From the NCBI GenBank assembly GCA_964598235.1, contig CAZRAY010000003.1, positions 77 through 64,076 of the forward strand: DNA of 64,000 nucleotides. The letters run 5' to 3'. Below are positions 10,056 through 18,969 of the stretch, piece by piece. The translations under genes were made by a program, and so were the position numbers. The first letter of the stretch is position 1. Each line of letters opens with the position of its first letter. The stretch is from an uncultured Piscirickettsiaceae bacterium (GTDB taxonomy: Bacteria > Pseudomonadota > Gammaproteobacteria > Nitrosococcales > Methylophagaceae). A model generated the notes under the pieces. The model did no database searches. It saw only the letters and a list, made by a program, of their open reading frames with translations, and had not been told where the DNA came from.

Positions 10056-10092
10056 GGAATTAGATTAAAGCGCGTTAACAAAAGGGTTAAAT

Positions 10093-11565
10093 ATGGAACA
10101 TAATATTTTCATCGGGCAAAGCAATGAAGGCAAAGCAGTTCATATGCTTTCAAAAATGGGCAACCGACATGGCCTAATCGCCGGCGCGACGGGAACGGGT
10201 AAAACAATCACCATGCAAGGCCTCACTGAAGGCTTTAGTGATATCGGTGTGCCGGTATTTCTTGTTGATGCCAAAGGCGATGTATCAGGAATCACCCAGC
10301 CAGGTAAAGAACATCCGAAAGTTGCTGAACGGGTTGAAATTATGAGCCTTGATGATTTTGCTTTTCAAGCCTTTCCAGGCACTTTCTGGGATATGTTTGG
10401 TAAAGATGGCCATCCCGTTCGTACCACGATTTCAGATATGGGGCCGCTATTACTCGCGCGCTTGCTTAACCTTAATGAAACGCAACAAGGCGTGTTGTCA
10501 TTAGTATTCCGTGTATCGGATGATAATGGTTGGTTATTGCTGGATCTAAAAGATTTACGCGCCATGCTTAAATTTGTATCCGATAATGCGGCTGAATTTA
10601 GAACGCTCTATGGTAATGTTTCCTCAGCCAGTGTGGGCGCAATTCAACGTCGCCTAATTCAGCTGGAAGATCAAGGCGGCGACAAGCTGTTTTCTGAGCC
10701 CGTGCTTAATCTCGATGACCTCATGCAAACCGATGAAAATGGCAAAGGCATGGTTAACTTACTCGTTGCCGATCAATTGATGAATTCACCGCAGTTATAC
10801 GGTACATTCCTGCTGTGGCTGATGTCTGAATTATTCGAACAATTACCGGAGGTCGGTAACCCAGACAAACCTAAATTAGTTTTATTCTTTGATGAAGCGC
10901 ATTTGATTTTCAAAGATGCACCTAAAGTCTTATTAGAAAAAATTGAACAAGTTGTGCGCCTTATCCGTTCGAAGGGCGTGGGTGTGTATTTCGTTACGCA
11001 AAATCCAACGGATATCCCTGACACCGTATTAGGTCAACTTGGTAATCGGATCCAACATGCCTTGCGTGCCTTTACTGCTAAAGATAAAAAAGCCATTCGC
11101 GCCGCAGCGCAAACTTTCAGAGATAATCCAAAGCTGGATACCGAAGAAATCATGACGCAACTCGGTGTCGGTGAAGCCTTAGTCTCGATGCTAGATGAAA
11201 AGGGCAGACCACAAGTGGTGGAACAAACCTTGATCAAACCACCGAAAAGCCAAATTGGACCGATCACCAAAGCGCAACGCAAACAAATCTTAGCGGATTC
11301 ACTAGTGGCTGGGATTTATGAAAAAACGGTCGATAGAAAATCAGCATATGAAATTCTAGCCGTGCGAGCAGAAGAGCTGGCTGAAAAAGTAGAGGCAGAA
11401 GAAGCTGAAGAAATCCGAGAAAAAGAAACCAAAAAATCCAGCCGACGCAGTAGCCGACAAACACCCACAGAAGCCTTTGTTAAAAGCGCCATGCGCGCGG
11501 TCGGAACACGTGTAGGGCGGAAATTGGTGCGAGGGATATTGGGGTCGTTGTTTGGTGGGAAATAG
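10093..11565 (+). CDS. HerA-like P-loop ATPase, DUF853/YjgR family (490 aa)
   Basis: Walker A GATGTGKT, Walker B-like LVLFFDEAH, and a basic Lys/Arg-rich C-terminal tail. The length and layout match the YjgR family. Confidence 0.75.
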   Translation: MEHNIFIGQSNEGKAVHMLSKMGNRHGLIAGATGTGKTITMQGLTEGFSDIGVPVFLVDAKGDVSGITQPGKEHPKVAERVEIMSLDDFAFQAFPGTFWDMFGKDGHPVRTTISDMGPLLLARLLNLNETQQGVLSLVFRVSDDNGWLLLDLKDLRAMLKFVSDNAAEFRTLYGNVSSASVGAIQRRLIQLEDQGGDKLFSEPVLNLDDLMQTDENGKGMVNLLVADQLMNSPQLYGTFLLWLMSELFEQLPEVGNPDKPKLVLFFDEAHLIFKDAPKVLLEKIEQVVRLIRSKGVGVYFVTQNPTDIPDTVLGQLGNRIQHALRAFTAKDKKAIRAAAQTFRDNPKLDTEEIMTQLGVGEALVSMLDEKGRPQVVEQTLIKPPKSQIGPITKAQRKQILADSLVAGIYEKTVDRKSAYEILAVRAEELAEKVEAEEAEEIREKETKKSSRRSSRQTPTEAFVKSAMRAVGTRVGRKLVRGILGSLFGGK

Positions 11566-11602
11566 GTCGCTGCCGCTGGGCGTTCATTTTTTTTGCGGAC
11601 CT

Positions 11603-11631
11603 AAAAAAAACGGCACCCCGAAAGGGTGCCG
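11603..11631 (-). terminator. Rho-independent terminator downstream of the SPFH gene (possibly bidirectional)
   Basis: 8-bp GC-rich stem CGGCACCC/GGGTGCCG with loop CGAAA. It is preceded on the + strand by A8 (11603-11610), which is a U-run for minus-strand transcripts. It lies between convergent genes. Confidence 0.7.
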
Positions 11632-11649
11632 TGAATCTATTATTTTAGT

Positions 11650-12918
11650 TTACTGCACCATCATCGGAGCGTTGCCAGAGGGTAGACTTAGGTCTAATGC
11701 GAGATCTTTGGCTGTTTTCACGCTGAGCATGTCAATAAGCGCTGTGGCGGTGCTGCCACCGTCTGCGGCACCGACTGAGCCCATCTGTACTTCAGGCACC
11801 CATTTTTGCTTCTCAACGGCGCTGGCAAAGCGAGACATGACCTTTTCATAGGTGGCTAGTTTTTGCGCGAGCGCACCATCGGCTTGCATTACGAGACGTT
11901 TATATTCACCATCACCTTCACCACGCAATATCATCTCTTGCTTATATTCCGCCGCAGCCAATTTCTTTTGCTCGGCTTCTAGGCGCTGTTGGCTGGCTAC
12001 TTCTACCTGCTGCTCGGCTTTAATCACGGCGACTTCTTTGTTTTGCTCAGCAAACACGACCGCTTGCTCTTTTTCGACTTCTTTTTCATATTTAGCGGTC
12101 ATCACGTTTGCCTTACCTTGCTCTTCAGCCGTAATCGCATCTTGCTTCGCACGCTCGGCATTGGCCTTGGCAGTAATGATCGCCATGGTCGCTTCACGCT
12201 TGGTCGCAATTTGAGTCAATGTTTTTTGCTCAAAATCCCAATCTGTTATTTGGAAGCCGTTCACTGAAATACCATATTCTTTTAAATCACTTTTCAAGTG
12301 AACAGGGCGACCATCATCTGCATACGTAATTACAGGTACATTTTTAATGACCCGTTTACCCGTGCCTTCATCCACAGTGGAGATTTGTTGCAATTCAGTT
12401 TGATATTTACCATCAATGATTTGCTCGCTCGCCCATTGCGTATAGATACTCCGCTTTTCGGCATAGGCTTCTTCACTACTCATTAGACCTGCAGTCAAGT
12501 TCATGCCTTCTTCAGATACCGCTTTAATCAGTTTATTCGCGACACCTGCATTGCTTCGGAATGCTTTATGCAGTGTGAGCATCGTGGGTTCATCATTAGG
12601 TAATGAGAATCGCGCTTTACCATACACCTTACCGGTACCACCATCTTGATAGCGCACAGCGATTCCCTTTTGGTTAATACTGGATCCACCACCGGCATCA
12701 TCATTGCTTTTATCATAATCGAAGGTGAGTACATCACGGTATTCCGTTGCGGTACCAAACCATTTCATATAAATACCGGGGGAGAATTTCACATAAAGCT
12801 TACCCGTTGGATATTGCACCACCATGCGGTTACCCGCATCATTAATACCAGCGGACATTGCCAGTAATACTAAAATAACGGCGATAACGCCGATTGGAAA
12901 TAATAATCTCATATTCAT
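11650..12918 (-). CDS. SPFH/band-7-like membrane protein with long coiled-coil tail (422 aa)
   Basis: N-terminal TM helix (LLFPIGVIAVILVLLAMSAG), a central SPFH-like region, and an Ala/Glu/Lys/Gln-rich coiled coil (res ~240-340). Confidence 0.55.
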   Translation of the reverse strand: MNMRLLFPIGVIAVILVLLAMSAGINDAGNRMVVQYPTGKLYVKFSPGIYMKWFGTATEYRDVLTFDYDKSNDDAGGGSSINQKGIAVRYQDGGTGKVYGKARFSLPNDEPTMLTLHKAFRSNAGVANKLIKAVSEEGMNLTAGLMSSEEAYAEKRSIYTQWASEQIIDGKYQTELQQISTVDEGTGKRVIKNVPVITYADDGRPVHLKSDLKEYGISVNGFQITDWDFEQKTLTQIATKREATMAIITAKANAERAKQDAITAEEQGKANVMTAKYEKEVEKEQAVVFAEQNKEVAVIKAEQQVEVASQQRLEAEQKKLAAAEYKQEMILRGEGDGEYKRLVMQADGALAQKLATYEKVMSRFASAVEKQKWVPEVQMGSVGAADGGSTATALIDMLSVKTAKDLALDLSLPSGNAPMMVQ

Positions 12919-13142
12919 TTTTTCTCTCCTTTTGTTTTTGTTATTGTTGAAATTTCTTTTTGGATAATATCTTGGTAGGCACGTTCATGTGCGATTTCCT
13001 TGTCGATATCCAGTAAATTACTTTCCATTTCAACATTTTCTAATTCTTTTTCTTTTGATGAAAGTAAGCGTTGACGCTTTAACTCTCGAATGAAATAGGC
13101 AATTGCTAGGATTAGCAATATAACCAGTGCGATTCGTATCAT
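12915..13142 (-). CDS. Small single-pass membrane protein with coiled-coil tail (75 aa), translationally coupled to the SPFH gene
   Basis: N-terminal TM (IALVILLILAIAYFI) followed by a charged helix. Its stop overlaps the SPFH start (ATGA on the minus strand, 12915-12918). Confidence 0.5.
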   Translation of the reverse strand: MIRIALVILLILAIAYFIRELKRQRLLSSKEKELENVEMESNLLDIDKEIAHERAYQDIIQKEISTITKTKGEKK

Positions 13143-13335
13143 AATTCTCTCCTTTTAAATCTTGGGCATGTGGCGTAAAAATACAGGCATGCACTATATC
13201 TTAATATTATGCAGTAAGTTTAGGTGTTGCCTTGCTGGTTTATTGATTGATTATTAAGTGCAAGGCGGTTGTATGGTCTAAACGATTTTGACCATTAGAT
13301 CACGGATTACTACAGAATAGAGTTTGTTTTGAAAT

Positions 13336-13359
13336 GTCAATCAGACGGCTTTGATTGAC
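13336..13359 (-). terminator. Possible terminator hairpin after the glutaredoxin-like gene
   Basis: Perfect 8-bp stem GTCAATCA/TGATTGAC with an 8-nt loop, ~20 nt past the stop codon. The downstream U-run is weak. Confidence 0.35.
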
Positions 13360-13377
13360 TATATTAGTATAGCATAA

Positions 13378-13770
13378 TCAATGTGTTATGTCAAGGTGGC
13401 CCGCTTTCAATGTTTTGACTATTGCGCGTGTATTGTAGCCAGAGATAACGGTATCATTGACGACAACGATCGGGATAACCTTGCCTTCTAAGGCATCATA
13501 AGCTGCTCTGGCTTCATACGATTCTTCAATGTCATAATCAAGAAAGACTAAGTTACTGCGCTCTAGAAATGAACGTGTTCTTTTGCAATAACTACACCAT
13601 GAGGTGCTATACATAATGATGGGTTCAGACTGATATTGGCTATAGTCTTTCGGGGTGAAAAATAAGCTGGAAAGGGTACTCCAATTTTGGAATACGATCA
13701 CGGCGAGGGCGACGGGGAACCAGTATGAGAGGGCTTTTTTGAAATACATTCCGGTTACTTCATTTGTCAT
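13378..13770 (-). CDS. Membrane-anchored glutaredoxin/NrdH-like thiol-disulfide protein (130 aa)
   Basis: N-terminal TM (YWFPVALAVIVF) followed by a Grx fold with a CSYC active site (IIMYSTSWCSYCKRTRSFL). The start is uncertain: either 13770 or Met8 at 13749. Confidence 0.7.
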   Translation of the reverse strand: MTNEVTGMYFKKALSYWFPVALAVIVFQNWSTLSSLFFTPKDYSQYQSEPIIMYSTSWCSYCKRTRSFLERSNLVFLDYDIEESYEARAAYDALEGKVIPIVVVNDTVISGYNTRAIVKTLKAGHLDITH

Positions 13771-13834
13771 CCCCGTGCAGGCGGGGATCCAGGTATATCA
13801 AAAAACAATGGATTTCCGTCTGCACGGGAATGAC
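13766..13834. repeat. Double-hairpin REP/MITE-like element, copy B (~69 nt)
   Basis: Sequence layout: GTCATCCCCG-TGCAGG-CGGGGATCCA ... TGGATTTCCGT-CTGC-ACGGGAATGAC. The left half is almost identical to the reverse complement of the right half. It fills the rpoH/grx-like intergenic region. Confidence 0.75.
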
Positions 13835-13843
13835 GGTTTGCGA

Positions 13844-14704
13844 TTAAGCTAATAAACCTTGCAACTTCTGAATAGCATTAGTCTCGATTTGACGAATACG
13901 CTCAGCAGAGACCTGATATTGGTCTGCTAATTGATGCAGGGTTGATTTACCTTCTTCTTTTAGCCAGCGTTGGCTAATAATATCGCGACTACGCTCATCA
14001 AGCGTGCCTAGCGCATGCGATAAACGGTTATGCTGATAATTCGTGTAATCCGCTTGCTCTAGCGCGAGTGAAGGATCTTCATTCTCTGGCGCTGTTAGGT
14101 AGGCAGCAGGAGAGAAGCTATTATCTTCATCATCATGATCGGTTGGCAAATCAAATGAGGCATCAGGCTGCGATAAGCGATTTTCCATGCTGATCACGTC
14201 TTTAGTGGTGACACCGAGATCTTTCGCTACCGCTTCAATCTCTGCATGATTCAACCAACCAAGACGCTTCTTGGCCCCACGCAAATTAAAGAATAATTTA
14301 CGTTGTGCTTTGGTGGTCGCTATTTTAACAATGCGCCAGTTACGGATGACATATTCATGAATTTCCGCACGGATCCAATGCACAGCAAAAGAGACGAGGC
14401 GGACACCCTTGGTTGGGTCGAAACGCTTCACAGCTTTCATCAAACCGATATTGCCTTCTTGGATCAGATCGACCACAGGCAGACCATAGCCGTTATAGCC
14501 ACTGGCGATGCGAGACACGAAGCGAAGGTGCGATAAAACAAGGCGGTGGGCTGCGTCGAGATCACCATCTTGTTGTAAACGGGTGGCGAGATCAAGTTCT
14601 TCCTCTGCGGTGAGCACAGGAATGCTATGCGCAAGATTATTGAAAGAATTAAGGCTGCCAACTGGCGCTAATGCGTAGTTGTTTTGTTGTTTTAATGATG
14701 TCAT
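13844..14704 (-). CDS. rpoH: RNA polymerase sigma-32 (heat-shock sigma factor)
   Basis: 286 aa with the diagnostic RpoH box QRKLFFNLR and sigma-70 regions 2 and 4. Located downstream of ftsYEX, as in E. coli. Confidence 0.93.
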   Translation of the reverse strand: MTSLKQQNNYALAPVGSLNSFNNLAHSIPVLTAEEELDLATRLQQDGDLDAAHRLVLSHLRFVSRIASGYNGYGLPVVDLIQEGNIGLMKAVKRFDPTKGVRLVSFAVHWIRAEIHEYVIRNWRIVKIATTKAQRKLFFNLRGAKKRLGWLNHAEIEAVAKDLGVTTKDVISMENRLSQPDASFDLPTDHDDEDNSFSPAAYLTAPENEDPSLALEQADYTNYQHNRLSHALGTLDERSRDIISQRWLKEEGKSTLHQLADQYQVSAERIRQIETNAIQKLQGLLA

Positions 14705-14773
14705 ATTAAGCCCTCCCCGTAAGTTAACTTTGCAATTATACCACTTAAGACGATGATTTAATAAGAAAGTTCC

Positions 14774-15706
14774 CTATCTAGGCTCGATTTCTTTGATCCG
14801 TTGGTGCACAGTAAACCAAGCGCCCATAATACCCAGCCCTGCGCCGAGGAAGGGGAGAATCAATAAACTGGGTAGCACATGCCAGTGAAGCGTAAATTGG
14901 CTGCCATAGGATTCAGAAAGGCTGTTTACGGGACCATTGAGTAGGGCGAAGATGATGAGTAATATCAGCCAAGCGATAAATCCACCGAGGAGGCCATACC
15001 AAAAACCGGTATAGAGGAAGGGCCTACGAATAAAGGCATTGGTGCCCCCGATTAATTTGATGATGCTGATTTCATCTTTACGATTGATGATTGCCAATCG
15101 AATAGTGTTGCCAATGATCAATAAAACACTGAGCGATAATAACAAGCCGAGCAAACCGACACCCCGTTTTCCAATTTGGTGTAGTTGCCGCAAACGCTGC
15201 AGCCATGCCATGTCAAATTGCGCATATTCAATTCCGGGGTGGGCATTTAAATTTGTGAGCAGGGTATTTATCGTCTCTGACGAAAGGTTATCTTTTGTTT
15301 CAACCAGAATGACTGCCGGCAATGGATTGTCAGGCAAGGCATCCAATAAGTCTTCCATACCAAAGCGTTGCTTAAATTCCGTTAGGGAGTCGGCGGCTGT
15401 GTGATATTCCGTGTTTTTAATCTCTGCTAGCGAGAGGAGTGTTTTGTTAATGGACTTCGCTCTAGATTCGCTAATATCTTGCTTTAGAAATAAAGAAATC
15501 TGAGAACCATCTTGCCATTGCGCACTAACTTGATTGAAGTTAAATAATAAGATAAACAAACAAGCGGGCAAGGCGAGTGCAATACCAATAGCGAGACTGG
15601 TCATGCTATTGGCAATAGGACATTCCCATAATTTCCCCAAGCTAGAGAAAGCGGTTTGCAAATGGTGTAATAAATGAATTTTACCGATGGAGAATAAGCG
15701 TTTCAT
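14774..15706 (-). CDS. ftsX: Cell division ABC transporter permease FtsX
   Basis: 310 aa with four TM segments, the last three clustered at the C-terminus. Overlaps the ftsE stop. Confidence 0.88.
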   Translation of the reverse strand: MKRLFSIGKIHLLHHLQTAFSSLGKLWECPIANSMTSLAIGIALALPACLFILLFNFNQVSAQWQDGSQISLFLKQDISESRAKSINKTLLSLAEIKNTEYHTAADSLTEFKQRFGMEDLLDALPDNPLPAVILVETKDNLSSETINTLLTNLNAHPGIEYAQFDMAWLQRLRQLHQIGKRGVGLLGLLLSLSVLLIIGNTIRLAIINRKDEISIIKLIGGTNAFIRRPFLYTGFWYGLLGGFIAWLILLIIFALLNGPVNSLSESYGSQFTLHWHVLPSLLILPFLGAGLGIMGAWFTVHQRIKEIEPR

Positions 15707-16371
15707 GACCCCATTTTCTCCTCATCTATTCGGCCATGTTTTAGAGCGATTTCAGCATAGCCCATTTGCTGAACGAGGTTTAAATCATGGGTTGCAATCA
15801 GGACGGTTGTGCCGACTTGATTGAATTGTTTGAAGAGTTGCATGATTTCAGCGGAAAGCTGGGCATCTAGGTTCCCTGTTGGCTCATCGGCAAGCAGGAT
15901 CATCGGGCGATTGACGACGGCACGGGCAATACCGACTCGCTGCTGTTCTCCACCGGAGAGTGCTTCAGGCAGACTACGCTCTTTATCAAGCAAGCCTACT
16001 TTATCGAGCGCCGCGCGGACACGACGTCCAATTTCTTGATGATCTGCACCTGCAATAATAAGCGGTAGGGCGACATTATCAAAAACAGTGCGATCATGTA
16101 GCAATTGATAATCTTGGAATACGAGACCGATTTGACGGCGATAGGCGGGCGTTTGTGAGGAGGTTAATTGGTTAATATTTTTATTGTTAATGATTACTTG
16201 GCCAGAGGAGCAACGTTCGACACCTGCAATGAGCTTGAGGAGCGTACTTTTTCCGGCACCAGAATGACCCGTTAGGAAAGCCATGCTCCCTGACTCCATC
16301 TGGAAACTAAGGCCAGACAAGGCTTCTTGGCCGCTGGGATATCGTTTATATACACCACCAAAACGAATCAT
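15703..16371 (-). CDS. ftsE: Cell division ABC transporter ATPase FtsE
   Basis: Walker [13 protein letters not shown] signature LSGGEQQR, Walker [13 protein letters not shown]. Confidence 0.92.
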   Translation of the reverse strand: MIRFGGVYKRYPSGQEALSGLSFQMESGSMAFLTGHSGAGKSTLLKLIAGVERCSSGQVIINNKNINQLTSSQTPAYRRQIGLVFQDYQLLHDRTVFDNVALPLIIAGADHQEIGRRVRAALDKVGLLDKERSLPEALSGGEQQRVGIARAVVNRPMILLADEPTGNLDAQLSAEIMQLFKQFNQVGTTVLIATHDLNLVQQMGYAEIALKHGRIDEEKMGS

Positions 16372-17549
16372 TATGCGTCTTTTGCCAATAAAGCATCGAC
16401 AAATTCATCCGCATCAAAAGTGCGTAAATCATCAATTGATTCACCGACACCAATATAGCGGATGGGTAGCTTCATTTTTTGGGCAATAGCAAAGATGATC
16501 CCGCCTTTGGCGGTGCCATCTAATTTGGTTAGGGTGAGCCCGCTGACGCCTGCAGCTTGTTCAAATTGAACTGCCTGCGAGAGGGCATTTTGGCCGGTAC
16601 CCGCATCCAGCACAAGCATCACTTCATGCGGTGCATTTGCATCTATTTTACCCATGACGCGTTTAATTTTTTTCAATTCTTCCATCAGGTTGTTTTGGGT
16701 ATGCAAGCGGCCGGCAGTATCGGCGATGAGGATATCAACCTTGCGTGCTTTAGCTGATTGTAATGCATCAAATACAACTGAGGCGGCATCGGCACCAGAA
16801 GGCTGGGACACCACGGGAATATCATTGCGTTCACCCCAAACTTGCAATTGCTCAACGGCGGCGGCACGGAAAGTATCGCCTGCTGCTAACATTACCGAAT
16901 GGCCTTGTTGCTGGAATTGCTTGGCGAGCTTGCCAATCGTGGTAGTTTTACCGACACCATTAATCCCCACCATGAGGATGACAAAAGGCGTGTCTTGCTT
17001 TGGAATAATTAACGGTTGATGACTCGGTTTTAAAATATCGCGCAGGATTTCACGTAGTGCCCCATAGAGTGCATCGGCGTCGGCCAGTTGTTTGCGGGCA
17101 ACGCGTTGGGTGAGATCATCAATCACAATTTGGGTGACTTCCACGCCTAAATCAGCGGTGATAAGTTGGGTTTCAAGTTCTTCAAGCACGTCATCATCGA
17201 TGGCTTTTTTACCCAGCACAACACTGGCAATACCGTCACTTAGTTTGGCACGCGTACGGTTGAGTCTTTGTGAGAGTCGGCTGAATAGGGAGGCCGTTTT
17301 ATTTTCGGTAGATGTGGGGATCGGCGCTACAATTGTTTCTGGCTTAATTATGTCCAATTCAGCCTGTTCGTGATCGACGGGATCAGATGCAATTATTTCA
17401 GGCGCCAATTCTTCAGGTGTTATTTTGGCAATAATTTCGACCGTGTTCTCTTCTTGCGACGGCGTGATTATTTCTGTGGTGGAGGGGACTTGGTTGTCTT
17501 CAGGTTTTTCTGAATCAGGTTTATTTTTTTTTCGTAAGAAACTAAACAT
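16371..17549 (-). CDS. ftsY: Signal recognition particle receptor FtsY
   Basis: Acidic N-terminal domain followed by an NG GTPase domain (GINGVGKTTT, DTAGR, TKLDG). Confidence 0.93.
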   Translation of the reverse strand: MFSFLRKKNKPDSEKPEDNQVPSTTEIITPSQEENTVEIIAKITPEELAPEIIASDPVDHEQAELDIIKPETIVAPIPTSTENKTASLFSRLSQRLNRTRAKLSDGIASVVLGKKAIDDDVLEELETQLITADLGVEVTQIVIDDLTQRVARKQLADADALYGALREILRDILKPSHQPLIIPKQDTPFVILMVGINGVGKTTTIGKLAKQFQQQGHSVMLAAGDTFRAAAVEQLQVWGERNDIPVVSQPSGADAASVVFDALQSAKARKVDILIADTAGRLHTQNNLMEELKKIKRVMGKIDANAPHEVMLVLDAGTGQNALSQAVQFEQAAGVSGLTLTKLDGTAKGGIIFAIAQKMKLPIRYIGVGESIDDLRTFDADEFVDALLAKDA

Positions 17550-17607
17550 AAATTTGGCAGGTCATTTAAACTTAAGATGAGTGGAATTTTAACATACGGA
17601 AGGGTAG

Positions 17608-18969
17608 ATGCAGATAATTGGGAAAATAAAAAAAATGAGTTGGCTGCTATTGATGTCGTCGACGCTCGTTGCTGCGGAGTCGGTGCATGAATATCAATTA
17701 GAGAATGGCTTGCAGTTGATTGTGAAGGCAGATCATCGCGCGCCGGTAGTGGTGTCTCAGGTTTGGTATAAAGTGGGCTCGAGTTATGAGCATAATGGGA
17801 TTACAGGGATCTCACATCAGCTTGAACATATGATGTTTAAGGGTACAAAAACGTTGGGTGTGAATGAATTCTCGAAGATCATTGCTGAAAATGGCGGTAG
17901 TGAAAATGCGTTTACGGGTAAAGATTACACGGCTTATTTCCAAACCTTAGAAAAGGATCGCTTACATGTCAGTTTCCGGCTGGAAGCGGATCGCATGCGG
18001 AATTTAATTATCGATCCCGTTGAGCTGGAGAAAGAGCATAGTGTGGTGGCCGAAGAACGCCGTATGCGCACGGATGATAATCCAGATTCATTATTGCGGG
18101 AGGCATTTAATTCAGCTGCCTTTGTGAATAGCCCGTATCACCATCCTGTGATTGGCTGGATGAGCGATATTATGCATTATGAGGCAGATGATCTTAGAGA
18201 CTGGTATACCAAATGGTATGCGCCTAATAATGCGACGGTTGTTGTTGTTGGTGATGTTGAACCAGAAGCCGTTTATGCATTAGCGAAAAAATATTTTGGT
18301 CCATTGAAACCAGAAAAAGTGGCCACGTTGAAACCGCAAATTGAAATTGAACAAATGGGCAAGCGCAATATATTGATTCATGCACCTGCAGAATTGCCGT
18401 CTTTAATTTTGGGTTGGAAAGTACCTGTTGTGAATACGGTTCTGGAAGAAAACGCTTGGCAGCCTTATGCCTTGGAAATGCTAGGCGGTATTTTGGATGG
18501 CGGAGAGAGTGCGCGATTTTCACGTGATTTAGTACGTGGCAGTGAGGTGGCTGCGGGCGTTGGAACGGGCTATAACTTGTTTTCCCGTTTAGCTGATGTA
18601 TTCATGGTGGCAGGCACGCCGGCCACAGGTAAAACGATTGCGGAGTTAGAAGCCGCGGTGATGCAGCAAATTTCACGTTTACAAACAGAGCTTGTTTCTA
18701 AAGCAGAGTTAACGCGGGTACAGGCACAAGTGGTGGCGAATGCGGTATATGAGCGCGACAGTGTGTTTTATCAAGCGATGCAGATTGGCATGTTAGAAAC
18801 GGTGGGGCTGGATTGGCGATTAACGGATGATTATGTGGATAAAATTAAACAGGTGACGGCAGAGCAGGTGCAAGCTGTTGCGAAGCAATATTTTCAGGAC
18901 AAAGGGCTAACGCGGGGGGAATTGGTTCCTTTATCGCTGGTCCAGCAAGGAGAGCAGCAAGATGACTAG
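17608..18969 (+). CDS. M16 (pitrilysin) family zinc peptidase, catalytic subunit
   Basis: Signal-like N-terminus and the inverted zinc motif HxxEH (ISHQLEHMMFKGT). Confidence 0.85.
   Translation: MQIIGKIKKMSWLLLMSSTLVAAESVHEYQLENGLQLIVKADHRAPVVVSQVWYKVGSSYEHNGITGISHQLEHMMFKGTKTLGVNEFSKIIAENGGSENAFTGKDYTAYFQTLEKDRLHVSFRLEADRMRNLIIDPVELEKEHSVVAEERRMRTDDNPDSLLREAFNSAAFVNSPYHHPVIGWMSDIMHYEADDLRDWYTKWYAPNNATVVVVGDVEPEAVYALAKKYFGPLKPEKVATLKPQIEIEQMGKRNILIHAPAELPSLILGWKVPVVNTVLEENAWQPYALEMLGGILDGGESARFSRDLVRGSEVAAGVGTGYNLFSRLADVFMVAGTPATGKTIAELEAAVMQQISRLQTELVSKAELTRVQAQVVANAVYERDSVFYQAMQIGMLETVGLDWRLTDDYVDKIKQVTAEQVQAVAKQYFQDKGLTRGELVPLSLVQQGEQQDD

Noticed and set aside
11566-11600. Possible separate terminator for the HerA-like gene (GC-rich segment followed by T8 at 11587-11594).
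   Set aside because: I could not draw a convincing stem before the T-run. The shared hairpin at 11611-11631 is the better-supported structure.
11552-12267. + strand ORFs of 99, 120 and 92 aa overlapping the SPFH gene.
   Set aside because: They are antisense to a coiled-coil-coding region whose repetitive GCN/GAR codons keep the opposite strand open. The sequences are low-complexity.
13341-13350. 9 of 10 match (reverse complement GCCGTCTGAt) to the Neisseria DNA uptake sequence, in a window that also encodes a TfoX-domain protein.
   Set aside because: It is a single occurrence and forms part of a hairpin loop and stem. No repetition was seen elsewhere in the window, so it is most likely chance.
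13655-13852. 65-aa + strand ORF (..VIPVQAGIQVYQKTMDFRLHGNDGLRLS).
   Set aside because: It is a read-through translation of the MITE-like repeat and of the antisense strand of the glutaredoxin-like gene. Peptides of this kind are a known annotation artefact of such repeats.
17524-17532. Homopolymeric T9 (A9 on the coding strand) within codons 6-9 of ftsY. Considered as a slippage or phase-variation tract.
   Set aside because: The tract is in frame, encodes the Lys-rich N-terminus of an essential gene, and is short for a contingency locus. There is no evidence of frameshifted alternatives.
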